The notes under the pieces: model-generated | Seen by the model: only the letters and a program-made list of their open reading frames with translations | What the model was told of the DNA's origin: nothing | The model's database searches: none | In this document: positions 1 to 11,855 of the stretch, one piece after another | How positions within the stretch are numbered: position 1 is the stretch's first letter | How the letters are laid out: every line of letters begins with the position of its first letter | NCBI RefSeq assembly: GCF_006345805.1 | Contig: NC_043023.1 | Location: 1,178,001 to 1,242,000 of the forward strand | Direction of reading: 5' to 3' | Source: Octopus sinensis | Lineage: Eukaryota | Length of the DNA stretch: 64,000 bases | Made by a program: the position numbers and the translations under genes

Positions 1-725
1 TATATATATATATATATAATAGAAATATGTTACAAAAAGAAAATAGAAACTACAGGCGGAAATGTATAAGAAGAGAAATAAGCGAAAATGCACATTGGAA
101 ATCAAAAAAAGTAGAGGCTTTTATGAAAAGTAACGATAGATATATATAATTAGATAAACTGAGGTAGGAGTAAAAGTAATAAAAGTCATTATTGTGAATT
201 GTTAAAGAGATTCAAAAGCATACTGGTTTCGTGAATTTACTAATCATTACTTTGAATGCACACAAATTAATGAATGGTGTCAGGTCTGCTAGTCCCTTAG
301 TAAAATGATTACATGTAAAGGAGGTAAGTAGTTCTGGATTTGGTGCAATTAGGGTAGATATAGATGTGTAATGTGAACGGTGTATGGGATTTAAGTGGGT
401 TAGTGGTATTAATTGAAAGGTTAGTAGTGTTCTGTATTATGTTATGTGTTCATATTGAGTTGTGGAAGATATTTATTGATGAAAGTTGCCTTGAGGATAT
501 ATTGTCTACAATAATATTAAGTGGTATAGCATGCATAAATAACGATCAAGAAATAAAATGATTAATTAATAATCAAGTGGCACCAGTATGCTGAAAATAG
601 CAGCCAGAAGATGAGTAGAACCACAAATTTCCACTGATACAAATTAATTGAAATCAGGGGAATGAACAGAAATTCTAAGCCCCCATACCAATAATGAAAA
701 GAATAGCAATTTGAAAACCAGACAT

Positions 726-784
726 ACCCGTATTTTCACAATTTCAAATTTTGTGAAAATTCCACTTAGTTATCCTCAGCGATT
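726..784 (-). ncRNA. Candidate hammerhead ribozyme, degenerate (left arm of fold-back)
   Basis: Minus strand reads aatcg CTGAGGA taac...attt GAAA ttgtgaaaat a cgggt; core kept, stems II and III weakened. Confidence 0.4.
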
Positions 785-869
785 CTTACTGATCCATGGG
801 TCATAGAAACTGCCCATCTCAACAAAGTGTGCAATGACCATTTTTAATGCCAACCTTTGGGTCAGTAAA

Positions 870-928
870 ACTCACTGATGAGAACTAAGTGACATTTTCA
901 CAAAGTTTGAAATTGTGACAATACGGGT
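870..928 (+). ncRNA. Candidate type I hammerhead ribozyme (right arm of fold-back)
   Basis: CTGATGA 875-881; stem II GAAC/GTTT enclosing GTGA/TCAC; GAAA 909-912; stem III ATTG/CAAT; AUA cleavage triplet; stem I ACTC/GGGT with an A-C mismatch next to the core. Confidence 0.5.
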
Positions 929-1270
929 ATGTCTGGTTTTTCAATTTGTTATTCTTTTCATTATCTGTATGAGGGCTTAGAATTTCTGTTCATTCCCCCG
1001 ATTTCAATGAATGTGCATCAATGAAAATTTATGTTGTAGACATCTTCTGGCAGCTATTTTCAGCATACTGGTGCCACTTGCTAAATCCATTTTCCATTTC
1101 CCCTCAATCATTACAAATCTCAAAAACTGTGAAATTCCTCATGTAGATCTAGTGACAATTATATCATTACTGTGGATGACATCAGGTAGCCTAAACGGTG
1201 AAAGTGCTTTAATCAGCATACTACTAAGCATATACCCAAGGTCCAAATAATTTGTTGTTGTTGTTGTCTG

Positions 1271-1556
1271 TTCCTTCTCCAGCCACGCCTGGCTCATAGG
1301 GCTGGTTTCCTGGTTTCCTTGGCGTATAGGTTCCCCACCTGGACGGGACGCTGGTCCGTCACAGGTGAGCTGCAAGATGCAGGAGAAAAGAGTGAGAGAA
1401 AGTTGTGGCGAAAGAGTCAGCAGAAGTTCGTCATTACCTTCAACTGGAGTCGCGTGGAGCTTAGGTGTTTTGCTCATAAACACACATCGCCCAGTCTGAG
1501 ATTCGAACCAGTGATCCCTCAACCATGAGTTTGCTGCTCTAACCACTAGGCCATGT
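1271..1556 (-). mobile_element. tRNA-derived SINE family B (V-SINE-like body)
   Basis: Same sequence as 28490-28786 and 45083-45381; A box TGGCCTAGTGG and B box GGTTCGAATC on the minus strand. Confidence 0.85.
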
Positions 1557-1965
1557 AGGTATGTATGTATTTATATCCAAAATTCTATACAGGTGAGTAG
1601 TGGCTAGTGGATTTCCCCTTGTTTGGATAATTATTACTTCTGAGGTTTCGATAGCTATGAAACATATATAGCTTGGATTTTTTTGCTCCATTCCTTAATT
1701 TTAGATTTTTATTCACACACACACACACACACACCAATCCCATCTGCTAATTGAGAACTATAAAGTAACTATTTTCAGCTTATCGGACTTCAATATGGGA
1801 AAAATTTACAAGCTTCTATCTCAATAAACCACTACTGGTCCTGCTGCATGTTGTTGTTATACCTTCTACGGACTGCTTGAAGCTTATTTACTTCCTACAC
1901 CTCGATCCTTGAAGCTTACATTTACATATACATGTGTGTGTGTATATGTTTGTGTATGTATGAGT

Positions 1966-2112
1966 GTAAATAGTGGGATTTACAAAAAAACAAAAGACGA
2001 AGATGGGTGTATAAACAACAAACAGATGTATTAGTTTAACGCTTGAGAAGTGAGAAAGTCTTTTACGCTTCAAGCCTATGCTCTTCAGCAGAAAGGAATG
2101 CAGAAAGAAAAT
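1966..2112 (-). mobile_element. Short interspersed repeat, Penelope-like 3' remnant
   Basis: Reverse complement matches 25310-25485 (gaagagcgtaggctc.aaacgtaaaagacttt...taatacatctgtttgtt). Confidence 0.55.
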
Positions 2113-2140
2113 AAAATGTTTGTATGTGTATATATGTCGT

Positions 2141-2525
2141 TTATCTGTTTCAGTCATTAGACCATGGCCATGTTGGGGCAGTGCTTTGAAGAGCATTTAG
2201 TTAAATGAATCGATCCCAGTACTTTTTTTCTAACACTGGTATTTATTCCACCAATCTCTTTCTGCTGAACCACTAAGTTATGGGGATATCAACAAACCAA
2301 CACCAGTTGTCAAGCAGTGGTGCGGGGCAAACTGAGATACAAACACACAAACATATACATATATGCAGCAGGCTTCTTTTAGTTTCCATCTACCAAATCC
2401 ATTTGCAAGGCTTTTGTTGGTGTGACGCTATATCAGAAGGCATTTGCCGAAGGTACCACACAGTGGGACTGAACCCAGAACCGTGTGGTTGGAAAGCAAG
2501 CTTCTTACCACACAGCCATACTTGT
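2141..2525 (-). mobile_element. tRNA-derived SINE family A (internal microsatellite), diverged copy
   Basis: Reverse complement aligns to the family consensus from the GGCTGTGTGGTAAG head to the AATGACTGAAAC tail. Confidence 0.8.
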
Positions 2526-2714
2526 ATTTAAATATATATTTATGTATATATTACATACATATAAAGGGATGACCACTAAGTGGACATCCATTATGCTAGA
2601 AGTAGACCACCTATGGACTTACCACTAAGAAAAGATTGTTCTCAAGAAAATTTAGAAAACGCCAGAACGTAAGCAAGTAAGACAAATAAAAAGATACAAA
2701 ATATAATGATTATT

Positions 2715-2760
2715 ATGATGTATATCTATCTATATGTATATATACATATATCTATGTATA

Positions 2761-2791
<31 letters not shown>

Positions 2792-2931
2792 ATACATATA
2801 TATACATACATTTATATATATATACATACATACATATATATATATACATACATATATATATATATATATATACATACATACATACATATATATATACATA
2901 CATATATATATATACATACATTTATATATAT

Positions 2932-2962
<31 letters not shown>

Positions 2963-3250
2963 CATACATATATATATACATACATATATATATACATACA
3001 TACATATATATGTATACATACATATATATACTTACATACATACATACATATATATATATATACATATCTCTCTCTCGCTCTCTCTCTCTATATATATATA
3101 TCTATATCTATATCTGTCTATCTATATGTGTGTGTGTGTGTGTATTCATTGCTTCGTCTTTGTACATTAGTTTTTCTATACATTAATACATGCATGCATA
3201 TATATACATATGCGTCAGTGTATGTGTGTGTATGTGTATAAGTTTGTGTG
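2715..3250. repeat. Compound (TA)n/(TACA)n/(TC)n/(TG)n microsatellite
   Basis: Visible in sequence; source of the YI/YT-repeat ORFs. Confidence 0.95.
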
Positions 3251-3771
3251 TGAGACAAACCATCAAACCAAAGTACACAACTATCTCGGTAAATCACAAT
3301 ATAATGAAAAACAGGATTTAATAAACGTTTAAATATTCATATCAGTGCTCGGAACAGTTTATCCGTGGCTAGAAGTTATGGGAAAGTAGTTTTTAATTAT
3401 TGTGGTGACAAAAATATATGTTTTATTATTACACAGCGTGGGATAGGGATATCAGCGGATATAGAGCTCTGTGTGTGTGGGCATAAGGATAATAATAATA
3501 ATGATAATAATAATATGTATGAATATATACATACATATGTATACATACATATATATTTTATATATATATATAATTTGATATGCAAAAATATTATTATATG
3601 CATGGACACATACACACACTCATATATGTATATATATATATATGTGTGTGTGTGTCTGAGTATGTGTGTATATACATGTATATATATTCATCCACACAAT
3701 AAGACATATGAAAATAATCATATACATGTATGTGTGTGTATGTATATATACATATATATATACACACACAC

Positions 3772-4163
3772 AGGTGTAAGAGTGGCTGTGTGGTAAGTAG
3801 CTTGCTTCCCAACCACATGGTTCCAGGTTCAGTCCCCCTGCGTGGTACTTTGGGCAAGTGTCTTCCACTATAGCCTCGGGCCGACCAAAGCCTTGTGAGT
3901 GGATTTGGTAGACGGAAACTGAAAGAAGCCCATTGTATATATGTATATATATATATGTGTGTGTCTGTGTTTGTCCCCCAACATCGCTTGACAACCAATG
4001 TTGGTGTGTTTACGTCCCCGTAACTTAGCGGTTCGGCAAATGAGACCGATAGAATAAGTACTAGGCTTACAAAGAGTAAGTCCTGGGGTCGATTTACTTG
4101 ACTAAAGGCGGTACTCCAGCATGGCCTCAGTCAAATGACTGAAACAAGTAAAATAGTAAATAG
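3772..4163 (+). mobile_element. SINE family A, full length
   Basis: A box GTGGCTGTGTGGTAAG, B box GGTTCAGTCC, CORE-like CTTTGGGCAAGTGTCTT, internal (TA)n(TG)n, tail ACTGAAACAAGTAAAA. Confidence 0.9.
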
Positions 4164-4364
4164 CATGTATATACACACACGTATGTATATATACAAATAC
4201 ATGTGGCATGGTGTGGTTGTGTGGTAGGAAGTTTGCTTCCCAACCACATAGTTTTGGTTTCAATCTCACTGCATGGCACCTTGACAAAATGTCTTCTACT
4301 TTTCTATACTCGTGTGGAAGAGAGGACATGATGATGATGATGAGTACACACACACACACACACA

Positions 4365-4744
4365 TCTCTCTATATATAAACGGCAGTTTGTCTGTGCGTG
4401 TTTCTGTGTGTCTGTTTGCTTGTACCCTCCCTGACCACGGCTTTCAACCGATTCTGATGAAACTTGACACACACATTGCCCAATGTCATAATTCAAACTA
4501 ACGCAGCGAAATTTTGAAAAGTTCCCCCCATTCTGAAAAAATCGATAAATTCGACATGGAGTCGAGAATCAGAAACACGAACCACAAACTGTCTAGGGGG
4601 CGCAACTCCACCTTTTTAACTCTCAAAAAAAATTTACCATAATTTTTTTTTCCATTTTTTCTCTACTTTTTGGCTATAACTCTCTAAAAATGCTTTATAG
4701 TTATTTCCCTTACAAACCCGAGCAACGCCGGGCGATACTGCTAG
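4365..4744 (+). mobile_element. Non-autonomous Helitron, complete
   Basis: A|TC start at 4365, subterminal hairpin CCCG-agcaacgc-CGGG 4717-4732, CTAG|T end at 4744; inserted between A and T with no TSD. Confidence 0.9.
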
Positions 4745-4964
4745 TATATATATATAAATATAATTGATGTAGACAACAGTGGACAATGTGTTACCAAAAA
4801 GGAAAACTATAAATGTCACAAAATATGACTAGGGTGTTAGAAACACCTACATTGCTAGGAATAAGAGCTAAAATACTCTAATACTGCATTCAAAGGACAT
4901 GATTGTATATACATATACTGACAGGAACTATAATCGCCCAAAAACCCTGATTGAGAATCCACTA

Positions 4965-5011
4965 TACTGCCTAATCAGTTTCAGCAGTTTCCGTTGCTTC
5001 ATCAGCAAGGA
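4965..5011 (-). ncRNA. Degenerate hammerhead-like motif in a probable Penelope remnant
   Basis: Minus strand CTGATGA AGCA-acggaaac-TGCT GAAA; stems I and III poorly supported. Confidence 0.3.
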
Positions 5012-5097
5012 TCACTTGACCCTGACTGATTCTCAGTATGTATGTTTTCACCATAACAATCTATGGATCATTTGGTGAATTGCTAATGCATCTTTTA

Positions 5098-5915
5098 TTT
5101 CTTTTACTTGTTTCAGTCATTTTGACTGCGGCCATGCTGGAGCACCGCCTTTAGTCAAGCAATTCAACTGCAGGACTTATTCTTTGCAAGCCCAGTACTT
5201 ATCAATCTCTTTTGTTGAAACACTAAGAGGACATAAACATACCAGCATCAGTTGTCAAGTGACGTTCGACACACACACAAACACATACACACACATACAT
5301 ACATATATATATAGATAGATAGATAGGCACAGGAGTGGCTGTGTGGTAAGTAGCTTGCTTACCAACCACATGGTTCTAGGTTCATTCCCACTACGTGGCA
5401 CCTTGGGCAGGTTTCTTATGTTATAATCTCGGGCTGACCAAAGCCTTGTGAGTGGATTTGATAGACGGAAACTGAAAGAAGCTCACCGTATATATGTATA
5501 TATATATGTATGTGCGTGTATGTTTATGTATGTGTGTTTCTCCCCCCAACATTGCTTGACAACTGATGCTGGTGTGTTTACGTCCCTGTAACTTAGTGGT
5601 TCGGCAAAAGAGCCGATAGAATAAGTACTAGGATTCCAAAGGATAAGTTCTGGGGTCTATTTGCTCAACTAAAGGTGGTGGTGCTCCAGCATGGCAGCAG
5701 TCAAATGACTGAAACAAGTAAAAGAGTAACGAGTATATATATATATATACAATGGGCTTCTTTCAGTTTCCATCTACCAAATCCACTCACTAGGCTTTGG
5801 TCAGACCGAGGCTATAGTAGAAGACACTTGCCCAAGGTGCTACGCAGTGGGAATGAACCTAGAACCATGTGGTTGGTAAGCAAGCTACTTACCAGACAGC
5901 CACTCCTGCACCTAT
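5098..5915 (-). mobile_element. SINE family A split by a nested copy (3' half 5098-5300, 5' half 5750-5915)
   Basis: The two halves are collinear with the consensus on the minus strand and flank an opposite-strand copy. Confidence 0.85.
5324..5733 (+). mobile_element. SINE family A, full length, nested in the internal microsatellite of another copy
   Basis: GGCACAGGAGTGGCTGTGTGG head through GAAACAAGTAAAAGAGTA tail. Confidence 0.9.
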
Positions 5916-6182
5916 AAACATATATATATATAATTGTTTATGAGTGTTTGTCACCATGTGAGCATTATAGTCTCCATGCCATGACTTGATATGATAGTTC
6001 TAAACAAGTACGTTATTTCTACACACACATGTATATATATATATATATATATACATTCACATATACACACAGATATTATATATATACATACACCTGCAGA
6101 TACACATATACCTGTGCATCTTTGAGAGGACATATGTATGTATATCTATAAATATATCTATCTCTCCATCTCTCTCTCTCTG

Positions 6183-6305
<123 letters not shown>

Positions 6306-6904
6306 GTGCACATGTATCTATCTATCTGTACATACTTACAAGACTAACAAAAGCCTTTTGTTTTAATTTCCAGTTCAAGACATAACTGCAAGCAAAAGAC
6401 CGCTGCTAAAACATTCTTCAAAGAATTATCCAACTTTCTTAATGAAATATTTCATTGTTAAAAAAGGAATTCTGAGAGAAATAATGGCAGAAAAATGTCA
6501 TCTGCTTTTGTAGCAGAAAATCTCATTCAGAAACAAAATGGTTGACACAAATTTTTTCAAGTTTTGAAAGCAACACAGACACAAGTTTTGAAAGTGATTT
6601 ACAAAATGGAAGAACTCATTGAAATTGCACATGACTGATGATACGATGTTGTGTACGTGCTGTAAGGTCAAGGTCTTGGGTTCAATCTCACTGAATGAAA
6701 CTTTATTCAAAACTTTTATATTTTTATTGGTTCAGTTATTGTTGCTGGGGCGCATTCTTGAAGAATTTCAGTTGAATTGACCACGGGTATTTTTATTTCT
6801 TACACCTGGTACTTATTCTGTTGGTGTCTTTTGCTGAACTGCTAAGTTATAAAGATGTCAAATAGTCATTAGGGACACACACACACAACGGGCTTCTGTC
6901 AGTT

Positions 6905-7128
6905 TCTTATTTCTTTATTGCCTACAAGGGGTTAAACACAGAGGGGACAAACAAGGACAGACAAAGGGATTAAGTCAATTACATCAACCCCAGTGCACAA
7001 CTGGTACTTAATTTATTGACCTTGAAAGGATGAAAGGAAAAGTTGACTTCGGTGGAATTTGAACTCAGAACGTAAAGACAAGACGAAATACTGTTAAGCG
7101 TGCTAACGTTTCTACCAGCTCGTTGCCT
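6905..7128 (-). mobile_element. tRNA-derived SINE family C (Meta/MESC-domain type)
   Basis: Reverse complement carries the GCCTTTCATCCTTTC.GGGTCGAT.AA.TAAGTACC-like Meta domain; matches 29993-30200 and 51784-52011. Confidence 0.8.
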
Positions 7129-7429
7129 TTTTTCAGTTTCTGTTTACCAAATCCACTCAGAAGGTTTTGATCTGCCCAAGGCTATAACAGAAGACTCCCC
7201 AGATGCCTTGCAATGGGACTAAACCAGGAACCCTTCACAAACAGACCTCAGCACTTCTTTATAAAGCTGTCCTCATACATACGAATCACATGACCTAACC
7301 AGTGCAGGCTTCTGTCTTGTACATGACATCTTATATCCAGTTTTACTTGTTTCAGTCATTTGACTGCAGCCATGCTGGAGCACTGACTTTTGCTGGAGCA
7401 AGGGCAGTTACCTCCTCTCTCAGCATGTA

Positions 7430-7630
7430 TGCATCTGCCTTCTTCTGGAAAGTGAACAGTGTATGAGTCAGATACATTTTTTCGTATGTATGGAGGGGAG
7501 AAAATCAGGTGTAGTGTTGGCGAATCTCAGGAAGCATGGAAGTTTTGAAGGATGCAGTGCTCCGACAACTAACAACTGATGCCAGCAGTTTGTTCCATAC
7601 TTCAGCAACTCTTAGCGTGAAATAATGTTT
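7430..7630 (-). mobile_element. CR1-group LINE 3' end (ORF2 C-terminus relic)
   Basis: Translates YKHYFTLRVAEVWNKLLASVVSCRSTASFK, the CR1/L2 F..RV...WN.LP..VV.....FK motif. Confidence 0.8.
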
Positions 7631-7865
7631 ATATATATTGCCTTTTACGTTTAACTTTTTACTTGTTTCAATCATTAGATTGTGACCAGGCTGGGGCACC
7701 ATTTGAAGAATTTTAAGTTAACCTAACTGATTCCAGCATTTATTAATGTTCTGTTTTTAAGCTTGGTACTAATTCCATCAGTCACTTTTGCCAAACCGCT
7801 AAGTCAGAGGGACATCAAGGAAGTGGGGGAGAAATACAGTCACAAAGACATACACAAGTGTTTTT

Positions 7866-8280
7866 ATTCTTTTACTTGTTTCAGTCATTTGGCTGTGGCC
7901 ATACTGGAGCACTGTCTTTAGTCAAGCAAATCAACCCCCAGGACTTATTCTTTGTAAGCCTAGTACTTAGTCTATTGGTCTCTTTTGCCGAACTGCTAAG
8001 TTACGGGAACATAAACACACCAGCATCGGTTGTCAAGCGATGATGGGTGTTGGGGGAACAAAGACAGACACACATATATACATATATATATATATGTATA
8101 TATATTCTACATATATACGATGGGCTTCTTTCAGTTTCCATCTACCAAATCCACTCACAAGGCTTTGGTCGGCCCAATGTTATAGTAGAAGACACTTGCC
8201 CAAGATGCCACGCAGTGGGACTGAACCCGGAACCATGTGGTTGGTAAGCAAGCTACTTACCACACAACCACTCCTGCGCC

Positions 8281-8282
<2 letters not shown>
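7866..8282 (-). mobile_element. SINE family A, full length
   Basis: Reverse complement of the consensus end to end. Confidence 0.9.
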
Positions 8283-8313
<31 letters not shown>

Positions 8314-8499
8314 TGAGAGAGATAAATTTATAGTTATACTACACATGTATGTTTTATAATAATCCTACTTAGCCAGAATGGCACCAATAACTAGTTGTTA
8401 GAATTGAATTTACATAAACTTCACAGAATTAGAAAGATTTGGCAGCAAGGAGGTGCAAATTCTTTGAAGTCTTCCACACTCAGCCCTTTAACACGTGTA

Positions 8500-8578
8500 T
8501 TTGTGATACACACACACACGCATCTATCTCTTGAGATGTATGTATGTATGTATGTATGTATGTATGCATGCATGTATG

Positions 8579-8610
<32 letters not shown>

Positions 8611-8844
8611 TACATATACACATGTATATAAAATGTACTGTTCCGTGTAAATATTATAGGTAGAGCGTACATACATATATATGCATATATATGTATATAC
8701 ATCCATACATATAGAAGCATATACACATACAAAATTTGACTAATATATATATACACTTAAAATATATATATGTGTATATGTGTGTCTGTATGTGTGTATA
8801 TATATATGCAAAGAAGAAAACAGATGTGTATATATATATATTTA

Positions 8845-8904
<60 letters not shown>

Positions 8905-9115
8905 TAAATACATATTCAATATAATACATATCTATGAGTATTAATGTATGCATATACATATACACAAAAACACACATAAATATGTATGAAAGAATTGAAA
9001 TATATACATGTATGTATGTATACACATATGTGTACATGCATGTATATACGGGTGAGTGTCTATATGTATATATGTGTGTGTGAGTGTACGTATGTGTATT
9101 TGTGTGTATGTGTGC

Positions 9116-9171
<56 letters not shown>

Positions 9172-9260
9172 ATATACTGATATACCCATAATATTCGTTC
9201 ACACACATCTGGTCTTCCCTCCCAGCTACACACACACACACACACACACACACATATGCA
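8500..9260. repeat. Compound (TATG)n/(TA)n/(TG)n/(CA)n microsatellite field
   Basis: Visible in sequence. Confidence 0.9.
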
Positions 9261-9618
9261 GACGAGCATAAAAACAAGCCGTGTGTTCAGTGACCCCTAT
9301 CAAGACGTCACAACGGTTTACCCGATATTACACTGCTCGGCACCACATACCCAGAATACCCTGAAGACAAGACAGGTAGATTAAGACGTTGGAAGGGAAT
9401 CTGTAGACAAGATCTTTGCCTACAAGCAACGCATGTCAAAAAAAAGAAATAATAGTAATAATAATAATAAAATAATAATATAGAAATAATTAAAAGAAAA
9501 CGGTAAAAAATCTCAGTGTCTGGTTCCGTTTTATGGTAAATGTAATAATGAGGTCCATATGTGAGGAATAGCGAGAGGAGAGATGATGAGGTGGGGGGAG
9601 GAAGGTGCGTCTGTATGT

Positions 9619-9654
<36 letters not shown>

Positions 9655-9899
9655 CGTTTCTGTTGCTTGTGTGATGTGTTATGTGTTGTTGGTTTTATTT
9701 CTGCTGTTGTTGTTGTTGATAGCGATGTGTGTGTATGTGTGTGTAATATATTCATATTTAATTATATTTATATATAGTAAGAAATTTATATTAATATATT
9801 TATATGTATGTATAATTATACATATATATATGTGTGTATATTTACATATATTCATGTGTGTGTCTACATATAAAAAAAAAAAAAATATATATATATATA

Positions 9900-10287
9900 T
9901 AGGCACAGGAGTGGCTATGTGGTAAGTAGCTTGTTAACCAACCACATGGTTCCGGGTTCAGTCCCACTGCGTGGCATCTTGGGCAAGTGTCTTCTGCTAT
10001 AGCCCCGGGCCGACCAGTGCCTTGTGAGTGGATTTGGTAGACGGAAACTGAAAGAAGCCTGTCGTATATATGTATATATATGTGTATGTGTATGTGTTTG
10101 TGTGTCTGTGTTTGTCCCCCTAGCATTGCTTGACAACCGAAGCTGGTGTGTTTATGTTCCCATCACTTAGCGGTTCAGCAAAAGAGACCGATAGAATAAG
10201 TACTGGGCTTACAAAGAATAAGTCCCGGGGTCGATTTGCTCGACTAAAGGCGGTGCTCCAGCATGGCCGCAGTCAAATGACTGAAAC
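9900..10287 (+). mobile_element. SINE family A, full length
   Basis: Head, internal microsatellite and tail intact. Confidence 0.9.
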
Positions 10288-10339
10288 ATGTAAAAGAGTA
10301 AAAGAGTATATATGTTTGCATGTATGTATGTATATATAG

Positions 10340-10730
10340 ACGTAAGTGTGGCTGTGTAGCAAGTAGCTTGCTTTCCAATCACGTGGTTCTGGGTTCAGTC
10401 CCATTGCATAGCACATTGGGCAAGTGTCTCCTACTTATAGCTTCAGGTAGCCCAAAGCCTTCTGAGTGGATTTTTTAGGTGGAAACTGAAAGAAGCCCGT
10501 TGCATATATATCTATGTGTGTCCTTGTTTGTCCCCCACATCACCACTTGACAACTGGTGTTGGTGTGTTTACGTCCCTGTAACTTAGTGGTTCAGTGAAA
10601 TTGACTGATAGAACAATTACTAGGCTTACAAAAAATAAGTCCCAGGGATGATTCATTCAATAAAAACTTCAAGGTTGTGCCCCAGGATAGCTGCAGTCTA
10701 AAGACTGAAACAGATAAAGATAAAAGATAT
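10340..10730 (+). mobile_element. SINE family A, older diverged copy
   Basis: Collinear with the consensus, more substitutions. Confidence 0.8.
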
Positions 10731-10736
10731 ATATAT

Positions 10737-11003
10737 ATCATCATCATCATCGTTTAACGTTCGCTTTCCATGCTAGCATGGGCTGGAGGATTTTGACTGG
10801 ATGCCTTTTTGACTGGCAGCTGGATGCCCTTCCTAGCGCCAACCACTCCAAGAGTGGTTGGCGTTAGGAAGGGCATCCAGCTGTAGAAACTCTGCCAGAT
10901 CAAGATTGGTGCCTGGTGCAGCCTCCTGGCTCACCAGTCCTCAGTCAAACTGTCCGACTCATGCCTGCATGGAAAGCAGACGTTAAACGATGATGATGAT
11001 GAT
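10737..11003. repeat. Head-to-head inverted pair of RTE-type 3' UTR fragments
   Basis: 32-bp arms 10817-10848 and 10852-10883 with 1 mismatch and a 3-nt loop; outer arms end in (ATC)n and (GAT)n tails. Confidence 0.85.
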
Positions 11004-11009
11004 ATAACT

Positions 11010-11252
11010 GTCAAATTGCAGTCATGGCAGATATGGGCCTCACAGAGGCAATGGCTGAGACCTTTGGCATTACTTTGTGCTTGAGAATCGGCATGAAGCC
11101 GAGCAAAATCACAGTTGTGGCAGATAGTGGTGTCATGCAAAAGCACCCATTACGCTCTGAGTGGTTAGCATTAGGAAGGACAACCAGCCAGAGAAATCTC
11201 ACCAAATCAGACTGGATTCCAGGATTCCAGCCCCAACAACAGACGTTAAATG
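11010..11252 (+). mobile_element. RTE (BovB-like) LINE 3' end
   Basis: GLTEAMAETF C-terminal relic, then the AAAAGCACCCA...GCATTAGGAAGG UTR and a (GAT)n tail. Confidence 0.7.
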
Positions 11253-11271
11253 ATGATGATATATATATATA

Positions 11272-11650
11272 TAGGCGCAGGAGTGGCTGTGTGGTAAGTA
11301 GCTTGCTTACCAACCACATGGTTCTGGGTTCAGTCCCACTGTGTGGCACCTTGCGCGAATGTCTTCTACTATAGCCTTGTGAGTGGATTTGGTAGATGGA
11401 AACTGAAAGAAGCCCGTTGTATGTATGTATATATATATATGTGTGTGAGTGTTTGTGTTTGTCCCCCCAACATTGCTTGACAACCGATGCTGGTGTATTT
11501 ATATCCCCGTAACTTAGTGGTTTGGCAAAAAGAGACCGGTAGAATAAGTACTGGGCTTACAAAAGAATAAGTCCCGGGGTCGAGTTGCTCGATTAAAGGC
11601 GGTGCTCCAGCATGGCCGCAGTCAAATGACTGAAACAAGTAACAGAGTAT
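11272..11650 (+). mobile_element. SINE family A
   Basis: Head GGCGCAGGAGTGGCTGTGTGG; small internal deletion near 11375. Confidence 0.9.
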
Positions 11651-11855
11651 ATACATATATATAATACACACACACACATATATATATATGTATATTCTTT
11701 TATTTGTTTCAGTCATTTGACTGAGGCTATGCTGGAGCACCCATTGGGTTAGATCATCAGTGAACTAAACCCCTCATATTCTCTCTCTCTCTTCTCTCTC
11801 TCTCTCTCTCTCTCTGTATATATATATATATGAATATACATATACATACACATAT

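Larger units (their letters stand above)
574..1080. mobile_element. Fold-back element with ~225-bp imperfect inverted arms and ~55-bp spacer; probably a head-to-head Penelope pseudo-LTR pair, alternatively a MITE
   Basis: Left end CAAGTGGCACCAGTATGCTGAAAATAG is the reverse complement of right end CTATTTTCAGCATACTGGTGCCACTTG; pairing continues inward to ~800/~855; no clear TSD. Confidence 0.8.

Noticed and set aside
2030-2095. CTGAAGAGC...GAAGCG hammerhead-like motif (also 25360-25400)
   Set aside because: Stem II would have to use core nucleotides, GAAA is broken in both copies and there is no stem I
3594-3998. Recurrent peptide WASFSFRLPNPLTRLWSARGYSRRHLPK seen in many ORFs
   Set aside because: Antisense translation of SINE family A, not a gene family
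6360-6700. Coding-looking AT-rich stretch, possible hAT/zinc-finger relic
   Set aside because: Multiple stops and no motif I can name with confidence
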